A DNA stretch of 64,000 bases from NCBI GenBank assembly GCA_904063045.1, contig CAJFCJ010000003.1, positions 2,528,504 through 2,592,503 of the forward strand. The letters are read 5' to 3'. The stretch comes from Dimorphilus gyrociliatus. Its lineage: Eukaryota > Animalia > Annelida. The notes below the pieces were generated by a model. It searched no databases and had not been told where the DNA came from. It worked only from the letters and a program-made list of their open reading frames with translations. Below are positions 1 to 38,004 of the stretch, in pieces. The position numbers and the translations under genes are program-made. How positions within the stretch are numbered: the stretch's first letter is position 1; the number at the start of each line of letters is the position of its first letter.

Positions 1-945
1 GTTTTAAATCGTAAAAAGGTTCTGCTAAGGACTACCCAAGAGTTTTCTGGTTTGTATTTATTAAACTTAAGAAACGTAATTTCATAGGCCTAACAAAAAC
101 TACTCTTATTCATCCTAGATTTTAAAATACCTACTTGTCATGATATGGAAGTGGAAATAGTTTTAAAAGAATTAAGAAGTGGAGAACTAGATAAGGCGCC
201 AGAGTTTGATGAATTTGGTGTCCTCATTCTAAGAGAAACAACGGTATTTTACATATTTTATTAGCAAACATATGTAGCATATAGTATATACAGTATAAGC
301 GCTCTACTATGTAATATTTATATAAAAAACAACCGAAATATTATTAATTGGCTATAAAATTTTTTAGTAAATATCTATTAAGTATAATTGTATGATTGGT
401 TCTTTTAGGTCAAACCCAGCCTTTGTATTCTTATTTTCTCCTTTATTTATTAACAGATTATCAGACGAATATCTAGTAAGAAACATCCAGAACGGCGGAA
501 TTCTATAGGTGGTTCTAATGTTGATGGAGAGAAGAATAGTTTCAACAAATTCTCAAGTTCTGTTCGGAATGTTTTTACTTCGAAGAGTAGAAAATCTTCC
601 AAACCACCTGTAGCGCCCCCTAAAAAAATAACGGCGGACTGTTCGTTTTTCGAAACTCTAACTACTGCCCAAAGTAATACGTACGATGATCAGAGAGGGC
701 CAATAAAATGCGATACTATGACCATACCAGATTTCTTGTTACATTCTACACCTTTAAAGAAAACCGGGTCCGAAACTTTCTTAGCAGATACTACGAATGA
801 ATTTTCCACACCAATAACTGATGGGTTACCTAAATTCAGTTGCGATTCTGGAATCTCTTTCGATATTCGCAGCTTTTCCAGATCGATTTCCGGTAATACG
901 GGAGCATTGACTCTTGAGGATTTGGATAACACGTTAAAAGATTAA
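1..945 (+). CDS. 3' part of an unidentified spliced gene (window starts inside it)
   Basis: Phase-consistent exons <1-49, 119-243 and 457-945 (GT-AG) give ...VLNRKKVLLRTTQEFSDFKIPTCHDMEVEIVLKELRSGELDKAPEFDEFGVLILRETTIIRRISSKKHPERRNS...LDNTLKD*. The long open last exon is Ser/Thr-rich. No family recognised. Confidence 0.6.
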
Positions 946-1496
946 AAAAAATGACTTTTCTCATGCAATTTGTTCTTTTCTTTCCTTCTTATGTGCTTTA
1001 ATCTTATATTGTAATAAGCATAAATTTGTGAATATTCTATGTAATATCTTTTTCAAATGCTTCTTCAATATGTAGATATCACTACTAAGAAAAAAAAAGA
1101 TACGATTTAAATTAAGAATTTCAATTGTGCAATATATTCCTTTCTATTAAAGACTATTAAAAGAAAAGACCTTATTACTATTGTTGAACAAAAATAGTAA
1201 ACCTATACAATAATTAAGTACCTAACGTATATTGTACTTGATACTTGATTATTAATTGTATTAATATACGTATACTGCAGATATTTTCTTATGTATACAG
1301 TAATTCATTTCTTTACAAAGAAATAACGTTTTTGTTTCATGAAAGAGCCATTTTTAGGATTTATGAATGATACTAAAAATAAAATCTGTCTTCCCAGTGC
1401 CGTATTAATATTTTTTTCTCTTTTTAATCTAATTAGAATAAAGTTCTTTAAATAATAAGATATTTTTAAGAATTGTCTTTCCATTTTACGACCTTT

Positions 1497-1497
<1 letters not shown>

Positions 1498-1532
<35 letters not shown>

Positions 1533-1554
1533 TTTCTCTCTCTTTCTTTCTCTC
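1498..1554. repeat. (CT)n / polypyrimidine microsatellite
   Basis: About 14 perfect CT units at 1502-1529 followed by a degenerate CT/TTTC tract. Confidence 0.9.
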
Positions 1555-1905
1555 CTGGTTCCTACACGAAATTTTCTTATTAGCATATCATAAAAAAAAC
1601 AATTTGTCTAATTCTCCTTTGTCATATCGTTATAATTACGTAATTGCGTCTTTTTTTTGCTTATTTGATTTATTTTTCGCAATAAATTTCATTATCGGTT
1701 GTATAAATAAGGTTTTCTTTGTCGAAGTTTGTTTCTTTCGTTTATTGTCAGGTGTCGCCATCTATAGTAGATCTTGTAACTTAATAATTAATATATTTGT
1801 AAAGCATTTTATAAACAGCGATATTTATGTAAATATATTCAAAAAATATATTTAAATGAAATTATAAATATTTATTATCGATTGAATGACAAAAATTAAG
1901 CTTTT

Positions 1906-2298
1906 ATGGATTATGTTTATGATACATCTGGTGATGATTTTAACATTAAATCGTCAAATACCTCCCTTTCTCACGAAGAATTAGCTCGGCCTATATTCTT
2001 TACAGAGAGTGATTCTAATTCATCATCAATTGCAGTTCTAGTTTTAATGACTTTAGTTATGACTTTTTTGAATTTTGCAATGATTGTCCTCATAGTTAAA
2101 GTATTAATATCGAGAAATGAAAGAAAGAAGAAATATATTCGTCAATGTAGATTACGGAGTCTTATGGAGGAAAGGGCAAGACTTGCTTTGCATAACGGAC
2201 CTTTAACTTTATATGAAACAACAGATAAAAAGTTTGATAGACAAAAAAATGAAAAAGTTGATAAGCTTGCTTTAAATCATAAACGTTATAATCGTTAA
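1906..2298 (+). CDS. Small single-pass membrane protein, unknown family (130 aa)
   Basis: ATG-initiated ORF with N-X-S/T sequons (NTS, NSS), one hydrophobic helix (IAVLVLMTLVMTFLNFAMIVLIVKVLI) and a basic juxtamembrane segment (RNERKKKYIR), consistent with the positive-inside rule. Confidence 0.55.
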   Translation: MDYVYDTSGDDFNIKSSNTSLSHEELARPIFFTESDSNSSSIAVLVLMTLVMTFLNFAMIVLIVKVLISRNERKKKYIRQCRLRSLMEERARLALHNGPLTLYETTDKKFDRQKNEKVDKLALNHKRYNR

Positions 2299-5200
2299 AT
2301 GTTTCTTTCTCTTCTCTCTTTTCGTTAAAAAAAGTATCCAATTTCGTACAATTAGAAATTTCTGTGACTCTTAACACTTGATCTTATGTCGGCGTTATTT
2401 GAAGTAGGATTTGTTCAATATGGCGATTGCCAACCGCAAAATACCCTAAGGTGAACTTATAAGACTCACTTTCAACCTATTCTCCTCCTTTAATTGGATG
2501 GAGAAGAACTGAATGGGCTATTAATGGTTGAATAGAAAAGAAATAATGCTTATTGTTTAAAAAGCGGAATAAGAATAATTTGTAAGAAAGTTAAAGAGAG
2601 AGTGCAAATCTTTGTTAGCGAGAATCCATGATTTAATATGTCAGCACATTGATGTTATAATTAGTATCTGTAAAGCTGAGAATCCAAAGGTTGAATAGTT
2701 GAATACGTCAGACCGAAAGGTGGCGTGACTTCTTCCGTTAAACGGTCACTTGATGGTGCGTTCATTTAAAATCTTGACAATGGGAGAATGTTACCCTGTC
2801 TATTGATTATGTAATTATGGAATATGTGCAAATAGCGGCAACTTGACGCCCGTTGTCATTTCCGGTTTACCGGAAGACTCGGATACTAGTCCTGTTTTTC
2901 TACTTTGTACAAGTTAGGTTACGTCACAAGCGGATCTGGTCTACACTCCCTTTTCCCTCCCACCTCTCCTATGACATAGAAGAATTTACATACGAATAGG
3001 CCGCTAAAGGGTAGCCGCTGCCTAATGACCTCTCCTGGCTATCCACTCTGGAGTGTAGGAATAAGATTAAAAAACAATTTAGAAAAGCCTATACATCCAC
3101 GCCCTCTTTCTTTTACGTTCAACGGACAGTCGCCTCCCGCCGAGCAACACGCGTCTTTGTGCAATTTTATTATAAAAAAAGAAAGCGTTCCAAAGGTTAT
3201 TTCTCCACCTTCTTCTTTACCATACTGGGAAATAAGTGTCTTTTCTTCATACGTGATAACAATAGTAAAAAATCGTAATGACAGGGTGAAAATAAAGAAC
3301 ACTACTCCTCCATTTACTAACCCCACTGTCGAACAACAATAACGCAATCATGCCAGCTCAGTTGACCTTTTTAAACTCAACTTTAACCTTAGACTATAAC
3401 GAGTCATCTAGGCGAGAGGGACTTTTTTATGTAGGGCGTTGAAATCTCCTTCCCCGTTAGGGGACGCTTTCATGAAGAGTATTTTATTTTAGAGGTAAAA
3501 AATGAAAAAAAGCGAACTTCTTCTCTTCGGCCTTACTGCACCTGGCGCTTTGATCAATGGTGCAACACCTGGCGTTTTCTGACGTTCAAAATTCATTCTC
3601 CTCTTTCCCTTTCTCGTTTAAAGATTATCTAAGGGATAGATCAATAATTAAGAGATAGCAAGTCAATATGACATAATAGACAATATTATATAAAGAAAAC
3701 GGAGAAAGAAGAAAAAACGAGTTAAAGGCGTCACCTGCTTTAGCGGCATCTAAAAACATCAAAAACGAAATACGTATTGTCTTGTCAATCGACTGGTCAA
3801 TCTTCTTTCTAGTTCCTCCTGTCAAAAGGTTCCTTTTGTGCGCAACTTTGATGGAATCTTCTTTAACTTCTTTTGTGACGTTTCGCGCGTCTTTGCTCCC
3901 TCTTTACTCTGTAATTTAAGTTGGTCATGAAAGAAGAGATAAAAATCTTAACTGTTATTGGCTTATAATCTTGCGATTATTACATAAATGCTAAGCGTTC
4001 ATAATAAAGATGTTTATCTAAAAATAGATAAAGAGATCGATTGTAAAAGTCTTATTATAAATGAAAATAATTATATTTTTAATATACAGTAGATTTATTA
4101 GGCCTATTTACGTAATAAGATAGATATGCTTATATACATATATATATATATAAGTGTGTGTTTGTTTGTGTTACGTTTAAGATTAAGTTACAATGAAAAT
4201 AAATCAAATAACAAGAACACTTTCTAGTCTCTATTGAAATAGTTCAAAAGACTATAATAAGTTTATTGTAGTCTTTTATTAATGATTGATTTAAAATGCA
4301 CCTTTCCCGTCACACAAATGCAATCCTAGTCACTACCACTGCCTATTAAAGCCTTACATGAGTAATTTTCTAATTAACCTCTTTCCGATTAGGTTCACAC
4401 CATTTGAATAGAAACATCAAAGAATCTGATAAGGTTCATGAATTCTCTGGGAACTAACTTGACAATTGAAGAGTTTTCAGGTTCATTTACCTTAAGTTTT
4501 CTCACCTAAAAAAATGTAATAAACTCTCTACCTACAATTAATAAACTTTTACTTTATTACATAATGATATATAACCTCTTTTTTCCAATATTTTTCATTT
4601 TAAACAATTAACAGCTGACTTTATGACCTGACTCTTTAACATGTAAGATATTAAACTTTAAAGTAAGCAGAACGGTTCTTTTTTATCAAGATTTTTTTTC
4701 TTTGCCAAAGATCGCTATCTTTTATATCTTATACATCTTTATTCATTGATATAACGGAAATAATGTTATCCCATTTGACGTATAAATATATATATATATA
4801 TAGATATATCCATATAATCACTGGTAAAGATTTTGATAGGAGAAGAGAAAAAATGATAAGATATTCAAATAACTTGAACGATTTAAAATATTCGCTAAAT
4901 TAAACATTATTAATGGAATTCTTTAATCATAAAACTCCGTACGTAATTCTTCTCATCTACCTTTTTTTTACGCTTAGATCATTCGACCGTTAACGAATAA
5001 ACAACAAGTATGCAAATTTTTTCACTTTTTATTTTGAATAATTATAACTATTTGAATCTTAATTATAAAGCTCTTTTTATTGCAAATGGTAATAATAATA
5101 ATAGTAATAATAATAGCCATAACCATAGTGAAGATATAATTTTAATAGTTCAATAAGAATGTAGCAATAAAATAATAAGAGTAAAACAGTTACAATTTAT

Positions 5201-8200
5201 GACATTTAGACATGAAAACATATCCGCTTCCGTTAACTTTGACTAGTGTTTCTTTTATTTTTTTTTAAGTTACGTAATATTGGATAAAATAGCCCTGAGA
5301 AATGGAATACGGTAACGAACGCTCGACACCTTCGATACTTCTTCAAATTATTACATAACCTAACAACAAGAGAGGGATTAAGTAGGAAAAAAATGTTTTT
5401 TAAACTTGGATACTTTTAGTAAAATAGAGTGGAAATTATTCATTAAAATACACTGAATAGGCGAATCTAATACGAGATTGAATGATAAATCAACGTGAAC
5501 GGAAAAGAATATATATTGTCCTGCGGTGATAAAAGTTAATAGAATGTAGGTATCGGAAACGATTTCGGTAAGGAAGAAAGGAAGCCACCCACCAGACTAG
5601 CCTCGAATTTATCAAATAGGAAATGAAAGGCTTAAAGCAACACACTGCTTACACAGTTGTTCAAAATGCATCTGTCCCTTTTTCTACTTAAAGACATTTA
5701 ACATAATCGTATTGAAATCACGTCAATCTTTCTAAAACTTATCCTTGTCTTTTCTTCCGTTAATATTTACTCTTCATCTGAATAGAAAAAAAGATTCCGA
5801 CTTTACGAATGGATAACCAGGAAAGGCGAACGAGGTAGGAGACAAGGCGGATTAAGTTATGGGCGTACAATTGTGGGTGGAGAAAAAACGGAGGCCTACC
5901 GAACCGTATAAGCGGCTAAACTTAAAAAAAGAAAGGAATACAAAATACAAAAATCCCGCTTTGCCAAAGACCCTTTGATCTAAACGCCGTTTTACGTGCG
6001 TTTGCATTCGAAAGGCGACACGCGCGACATTTCACTCCCTAAGGCGATTTCAATGACGGTAAATTAACGCCGCGGTGATTATTCTCAATTTTATTCTTTT
6101 CTCTTTTTAACTTACAATTTCTTACATTTTCAATAAAAGTTCATTCCTTTGGTGAAATTCCTTCATTCCTGTTTTAATTTATTCATAATTATTAACATCT
6201 TTTCTATTTTATTGGTAGTTTTACCTATTTTTCTTATGCTTTCAAGCTTCATTTAATTTTATGGGTTATTATCCCTATAAAGAAAATAGAGAGAATAAAA
6301 AGGGTTCTTCGGATTCCACAGGGGTTCAATTACGGATTAGCAATTCAAAGAAACGGTCATTCGTCGTCATATTTATCCATTAATATGTATAATTAATGAG
6401 ACATATAATGACACACAATTCAAGGTGATTAATAAATATCAAATAGCGCTCCTCTCAATTTTCTCATCGACTGTTTCTTACAGAATAAGTGAAACGGAAG
6501 AAGATAAGAGAAATTGCGAATATAAAAGGAGGCAAAATTTAATAATGTTAACTATTTCGAAAGTTAGAATACTTAAAAAGTCGGTAAACAACGTTGAAAA
6601 CAAGAGTTTCAAGGTTCATTAAGCTCAAGTGCAATTAAGAATCGGTCGAAGGCGAGTAATAAAAATTCCTTTGATCTTCTTTAGGAACAAAGTTTTTAAA
6701 AAATAATTTGTAAACTCCCACCAAAATTATAGTAAAAGTTCAATTTTCTTTAAAAATATGTATGTTGGAGGGCATTATAAAGGAGTTAAAAGGAGGAACC
6801 ACATGCCCGAAACACACCTCCCTTAAACGGTAAGGTTATAAGGTGGCAGCTATGAAAGTGGTTCGATCCAATGCCTTAAAGCTATAGGCTATATACGTAC
6901 TTTGAAAAAATAAATGTAAAGTACATTGTGGTACAAAAATTCACTTTTATATACATAATAATTGCATACGGAAAGAGCCTTTAGGCTAAATTCTTACATG
7001 CAACGTTTGACTTGATTATTCGAGCATCGTTATTTTAATTTATGGAATTTAATGAACCAATCAAATTTTTATATTTTTCAACTGCGTTTCTCTTTTTTTG
7101 TTTTTACTTATTTATTTATTTATTTAAATAAAAAAGAGACTAAATTAGGTATTTTAATTTCGTTTGATATTTGATATGTAGGCCTGTTTTTTTATGTGGA
7201 GAACTATCATAAATTTACATATTTTAGTAAATTCTGGCTTTTTTAGCTTCTCTCTCTCTCTCTCTCACACACACTCCTTCCTATCCAGTCCTCTTATTGA
7301 ATTCTCTTCTGTTTTTTACGCTAGAGTTATTTTTCATTTTTCTTTATAAAATGTATATTCATATATATCCCGTGGTCAATCTGTCTAAACCTGGGGTCTT
7401 TGCCTAAAAGGCAATGAGGGAGTAGGCACAAGTCTCATGAGACCTTTGAACCACAATCTTCCATCATGTTCGTTCACCTTATAACCTATTCGAATATTAA
7501 TTTATAAAAAAATAGCCTGATTGAATATTGATATATTTCATTTCCTTGAATGAAATTTACATAAAAAATGGAAACAAACAAATATATTGATGAAAAGTCA
7601 ATGTGTAATTGATATTGGAGTCTGAATGCGGCTTTTTTAATCACGATTTACTCGGTAGGAGATTTCAATACAACAAGGGCTAAGTAAAAATACCGTTAAA
7701 TCGTGGCCCTAAGGGTGACGGATATAAAGCAGATAGCATTACAAGCGCACGTGGCGTCGAAAAAAAATGGCGCCAAAAGTCGCGTGGCGATTTCAACCGA
7801 TTACGATCTCAACGCCAATTTGCAAATTTATGTAAATCAGGTTTAAGGCAGGTATTACGGTTCATTGAATTTTCTTTATAGAAGAACGACTTCTAATTAG
7901 CATATATTCTTCCGTTTCTATATTTCAATTACATAATCATTCTTTTCTATTTCTTCCTTTTCTAGTTGTCTAGGTAATTGATTAATAACTGCGATCCCTC
8001 GAGAAAGTAATTACTTATCAAATTAATTAATAACTGAAAGAATAGCAATAAAATTTTTGGATAGGTATAAAAAAATTAATTAATGTATTTAGCATTGTAA
8101 TTTTGACCTGAATAATGAAAAGAAAAAGAGACGCAGCTCTAGTAACTAAGCACGAAGTAGACGACAGAAGGTTAGCCAGTTCTCGGTTTTTTTCATCCTT

Positions 8201-8240
8201 TCCGTTTTTACTTTTTTTTTTGCAGTAGGTTGTTCTAAAT

Positions 8241-8720
8241 CTATTCTAGATGATAAGGATGATATTGCTGCTGACAGTCAAAATTGAAAGAATAATTGTA
8301 ATCTTGCAGTTGAGGTTGTGGAGAATATGAGCAGGGAGAGTTGGGCGTCAATTTATTTATATTTTTTGGTCCTTGAAGAGCTAACGAAGCGGCTAGTTGT
8401 AAATTTTTTTGACCATCCATTTGAAGTTGTTGGTTCTGAACCATTCTTAAAGTTTCTGATAAAGCCCATATATAATTATGAGCGAAACGTAAAGTTTCTA
8501 TCTTAGTTAACTTATTTTCTTCTCCAAATTGAGGAAGGCGATCTCGTAGTGTTTCTAATGCACCATTCAAGTTGTGCATTCTATTCCTCTCTCGATCATT
8601 CGCTTTGACTCTTCTTATCTTTTTCAATTTTTGAACGACTGAAGGCGATTTCGTGGCTTTGCTTGAACGCCTTTTTTTCCTACCGTTTTCTTTGTCGGGC
8701 GATCGCTCCGTTTCCATCAT
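8241..8720 (-). CDS. ngn: Neurogenin-family proneural bHLH transcription factor (intronless, 159 aa from first ATG)
   Basis: [24 protein letters not shown]...[22 protein letters not shown] is the neurogenin bHLH signature. The ORF-track start at 8771 is a TTG; the first ATG is at 8720. Confidence 0.95.
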   Translation of the reverse strand: MMETERSPDKENGRKKRRSSKATKSPSVVQKLKKIRRVKANDRERNRMHNLNGALETLRDRLPQFGEENKLTKIETLRFAHNYIWALSETLRMVQNQQLQMDGQKNLQLAASLALQGPKNINKLTPNSPCSYSPQPQLQDYNYSFNFDCQQQYHPYHLE

Positions 8721-8800
8721 CGTGAATGACTCGCGACTCGCACGCTTTTGCGCATGCGCCTCCGTGTTCAAGACGCGTGTCGAGGTGGTGATTGGTTGAG

Positions 8801-8807
8801 ATTTATA
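8801..8807 (-). promoter_or_regulatory. TATA box of neurogenin
   Basis: TATAAAT on the minus strand about 80 nt upstream of the ATG, implying a TSS near 8775. Confidence 0.55.
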
Positions 8808-9132
8808 GGAGACTTCAATACCCGTAAAAAACGATTTTTTATCCGTCGGCGTACAAAAAAAAGCAAAAGATTGAATGGTTAAAGCTTTTTTTTGTTACCT
8901 TTAATCGTTTAATTTTTCTGGTGCGCCTGATTTCCTTAAAGACTGTTTATTTTCAATAGTTTAAATTTGAATGTTAACGTACTTTTACATTATTACTGTG
9001 TTATTCATATTAGGTCATGATTTGTTCTTTTCTTCCAATTTCTTTTTGTACTTGTTAAAAGCTTTATTAAATTATACGTATTCTATCTATCATACAAAAA
9101 CTTGGAATACTTCATTAAAGTTTAGTGGGGAA

Positions 9133-9471
9133 TAGATGGCGCTATAGGTGATAAATCTATATCGTATAACAGTCGCTGACATCTAGGAATCCCATGAGGT
9201 AGTAAATTGACCGAACCACGAGAAAACTAGCCTTAATATATAACCTACCCATTTATGATATTATAAACGAAACATTTCAATAGACTTCTCATATATATTC
9301 TATTATCAAAATATTTTTCAATTATCATTTTCTTCAACTTGTGTTAAAGTTTATAGTTTAAGCAACTGAGAGGTAAGTAAGCCAGGCGATAGATGGCGCT
9401 AAAATTAAATTGGAAAGACTACTTAAAAACAATACACTTAAAAGCAATTATATTTGGACGCCACCTAGGAA
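9133..9471. promoter_or_regulatory. Cluster of three CTCF-like motifs between neurogenin and GPCR1
   Basis: TAGATGGCGC on + at 9133-9142 and 9390-9399, and the reverse-oriented GACGCCACCTAGGAA at 9457-9471. All match the YAGRKGGCR core of the CTCF consensus. Confidence 0.5.
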
Positions 9472-9518
9472 TAAAAGTAACACTTAACGGAAGTTTTTCA
9501 TGAATTATTGGTGACAAG

Positions 9519-10442
9519 ATGCAGTTTCCCGTCTATCAGATGGTTTTCTTTCATTTTCCCTTCATATTTGGAATAGTTGCGAATTTATTTGTCATTTATT
9601 TATATATCATTAATAAACAGTGTACAACAATACAGAAGAGTTTCATTATAAGTTTGAATACATCTGACTTTTTGGCAATGGGACTTGGTTATTTTCTATT
9701 TAATATAACAAATTACTTGGATGTAAGAAAGAATGATATTGGCCAATTTCTTTGCAATTCCTTAGCATTTGCTCTTAATGCAATAATGCATTGTTCAGCT
9801 GTACAATTAAGCGCTGTTGCTCTATATCGATTCCTATCAGTAAGGAGACCAACATTTTCCAGACTATATTTAACAAAACTACATTGCACACTATTAATAC
9901 TCTCATTATGGATATTTTCTTTTATACCAACAATAATTGCAGTATTCGGTGGATGGTGTGAATTAACTTTTATTAAATCAAAGAAAATTTGTACGTTTAA
10001 TTATCCCAAGTGCTTATCGTACGCCTACTTTAATATAGTATCATATACAATTATACCTATAATTATAGTAAGTGTATCATATTCTGCATTATTTTTAAAT
10101 GTCAGAAAGCAACGAAAGAAAATATCTTTAACAAGGGACACATATAATCTGTCAAGCACCTCTGATTCTACTAAATCAACAGCTGTAAAACGAAAAGAAG
10201 TTAGAGAAAGTCGATTGTTAATTCAATTAGTTATTATTACTGTGGGATTTATGATTTGTTGGATACCAAGTTCTACGATAGGCAGATTTATGGGCTATAC
10301 AAATAATTCAAACACGTTTGCAAATTATATGTCAACTGGACTGATTGTTTTAAATAGTGCTGTTAATCCTTTCCTATACGTTTTGCCAAACATTGAAATG
10401 AGGAAACAACTAAAATCAATGTTTAGCTTTTGTAAGAAGTAA
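9519..10442 (+). CDS. Orphan class A (rhodopsin-like) GPCR, paralogue 1 (intronless, 307 aa)
   Basis: Seven hydrophobic segments; TM1 GIVAN, TM2 SLNTSD, TM3 Cys and LYRF (DRY variant), TM4 Trp, ECL2 Cys (ICTFNYP), TM6 CWIP, TM7 NSAVNPFLY, C-terminal Cys. Confidence 0.92.
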   Translation: MQFPVYQMVFFHFPFIFGIVANLFVIYLYIINKQCTTIQKSFIISLNTSDFLAMGLGYFLFNITNYLDVRKNDIGQFLCNSLAFALNAIMHCSAVQLSAVALYRFLSVRRPTFSRLYLTKLHCTLLILSLWIFSFIPTIIAVFGGWCELTFIKSKKICTFNYPKCLSYAYFNIVSYTIIPIIIVSVSYSALFLNVRKQRKKISLTRDTYNLSSTSDSTKSTAVKRKEVRESRLLIQLVIITVGFMICWIPSSTIGRFMGYTNNSNTFANYMSTGLIVLNSAVNPFLYVLPNIEMRKQLKSMFSFCKK

Positions 10443-11108
10443 TTAGAGAGGAAACAGATATAAGCTTTTGTAGAGAAAATGTTGTTCATTACTTACCATT
10501 ACATCTTATATATTAAGCGAACAAAATATACATTTATTTAATGGATAGTTTATAAAGAAAAATACAAGGTGTTTCCGTAGTTCTATGTGATAAACCTTCA
10601 ATATCTTTTTTACCTGTATCACAGGCTAGCCTTTGTCAAAGGATTCTTTTAATATAAACATTCTGTTTCGTAACGTTATACACATTTCTAAACTGATTAT
10701 ATACCTAAAAAAGGTTGCTATTAAATAAACTGTATTATCTCCATAATTGTGGGGGTTATCTATATTTAGATTCTTTTTTACTTGGTTTATTTTTAACATC
10801 TCCCTGATTTTTTATCGTTTAAATAAATGTCATGTTAATACACTTTACCATTATGACGTATAGGAGAAATGACTTTGTAGGGAGGACATTTTTCATATCT
10901 TCCCTCCTATGATATAAGTTAAAAGGATTAAATCTGTAGAAATGATATCTCAAAGGAATGAAGTGTAAACATTAGGAAAATGGGGCAAAACTTATAATAC
11001 GATAATTTTATTCATATAAAAATTTATCCTGTTCGATTAAATTTTTGTAAAAGAAATAAATGAAGAAAAAAGTTGTCTCTTCAATAATATGCCTATATTT
11101 TTATCATG

Positions 11109-36852
<25,744 letters not shown>

Positions 36853-37377
36853 CTCCCTACTATATCTTTTATTGCGAAAATAAAGATTTGTACGATTAAT
36901 TTATCATTTTCTGCTATTTTCCGTCAACTATTGTACTTTAATCGTGTTTCTATCAGCATATATTTTAAAACGCTAAATTTTACCTTCAAAATTTACAAAA
37001 TAAAAGTAAATAATATAAAATCTTATTGAAGATTTATCATTATAAAAAATTCAAGTTGTTGATCCCACCATTTATACGGAACCGGAAATACTTTTAATCT
37101 TCTAGCTGGAATTGAACCATTGTCGTTAAACATTAAATGTAGCGTTGAATTTAAATTAAAAATAATTATAAGCAAATATACTAAACTCTCAATATATTAG
37201 ATAAACAATAATTTTTAATAATATTTTCAAAAACCTATACACAAAGTGTTTATTTAAAAAGGAAATCTTTAAAAATGATACAATTTAAACTGGAGAGAAC
37301 ACAAAAAATCTATTAAGCTTTCATTAAATAAGATAAATCAAAAAGTAGAATAAAATGTATGATTAATTTTTACTATT

Positions 37378-37390
37378 CCAGTAGATGGCA
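37378..37390 (+). promoter_or_regulatory. CTCF-consensus motif in the POLQ/AMN1 divergent intergenic region
   Basis: CCAGTAGATGGCA matches CCASYAGRKGGCR at all 13 positions. Confidence 0.55.
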
Positions 37391-38004
37391 TCATTTTCCA
37401 TCTGATAAGTGAAAAAATTTTAGTTCCTCTAGTTAATAATAAAATAAGAACTAGACTAATCTTTATGTTCTTTTCTTATTTATTAAATTCGTTAATAAGT
37501 ATTTAGGTCAATTATTGATTAGATATATTTAGTGCATATATATATATATATTATAAATATCAATGGTTTTTATTATGAATAAAAAAATATTAGAAACATT
37601 TATAAATATATTTAAGTTTAATTTACTAATGGATATTTTCATAAATAATCCCTGAATATTTCGCCTCGAAAGAATAGAGTTTGAATAAAAAAGAATATTC
37701 CTCAATCAGAAACAAAAGTCTTCATAGTGGACTGGTTAACAATGAAGCCTTTTTTTATATTTCATAGGCCACTTCATTCGGATAATCTAAGTAAAGAGGG
37801 ACATCGATCATTTTGATATTTCTTTAAAGGGAGAACAATCATATATCCTCAAATATCGTACAAGGAATACTAGATTGAATAAGCTGTTTATTTGAAAAAA
37901 GGCTATTTAAATAATTGTTTTTTATCATATTTTCAAAAAACCCGCCATTATTTTTTTAGCGGAAAGTCGTATGCAAAGGGTAGTACTTCCGTTGTCAAAT
38001 AAAC

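Noticed and set aside
3025-3347. Overlapping ORFs 3025-3342 (+) and 3039-3347 (-)
   Set aside because: No recognisable motifs or splice partners; they look like chance ORFs in a GC-richer regulatory island.
6860-6871. GGTTCGATCC B-box-like sequence (also GGTTCGATT at about 29132)
   Set aside because: No A box or cloverleaf nearby; not a tRNA.
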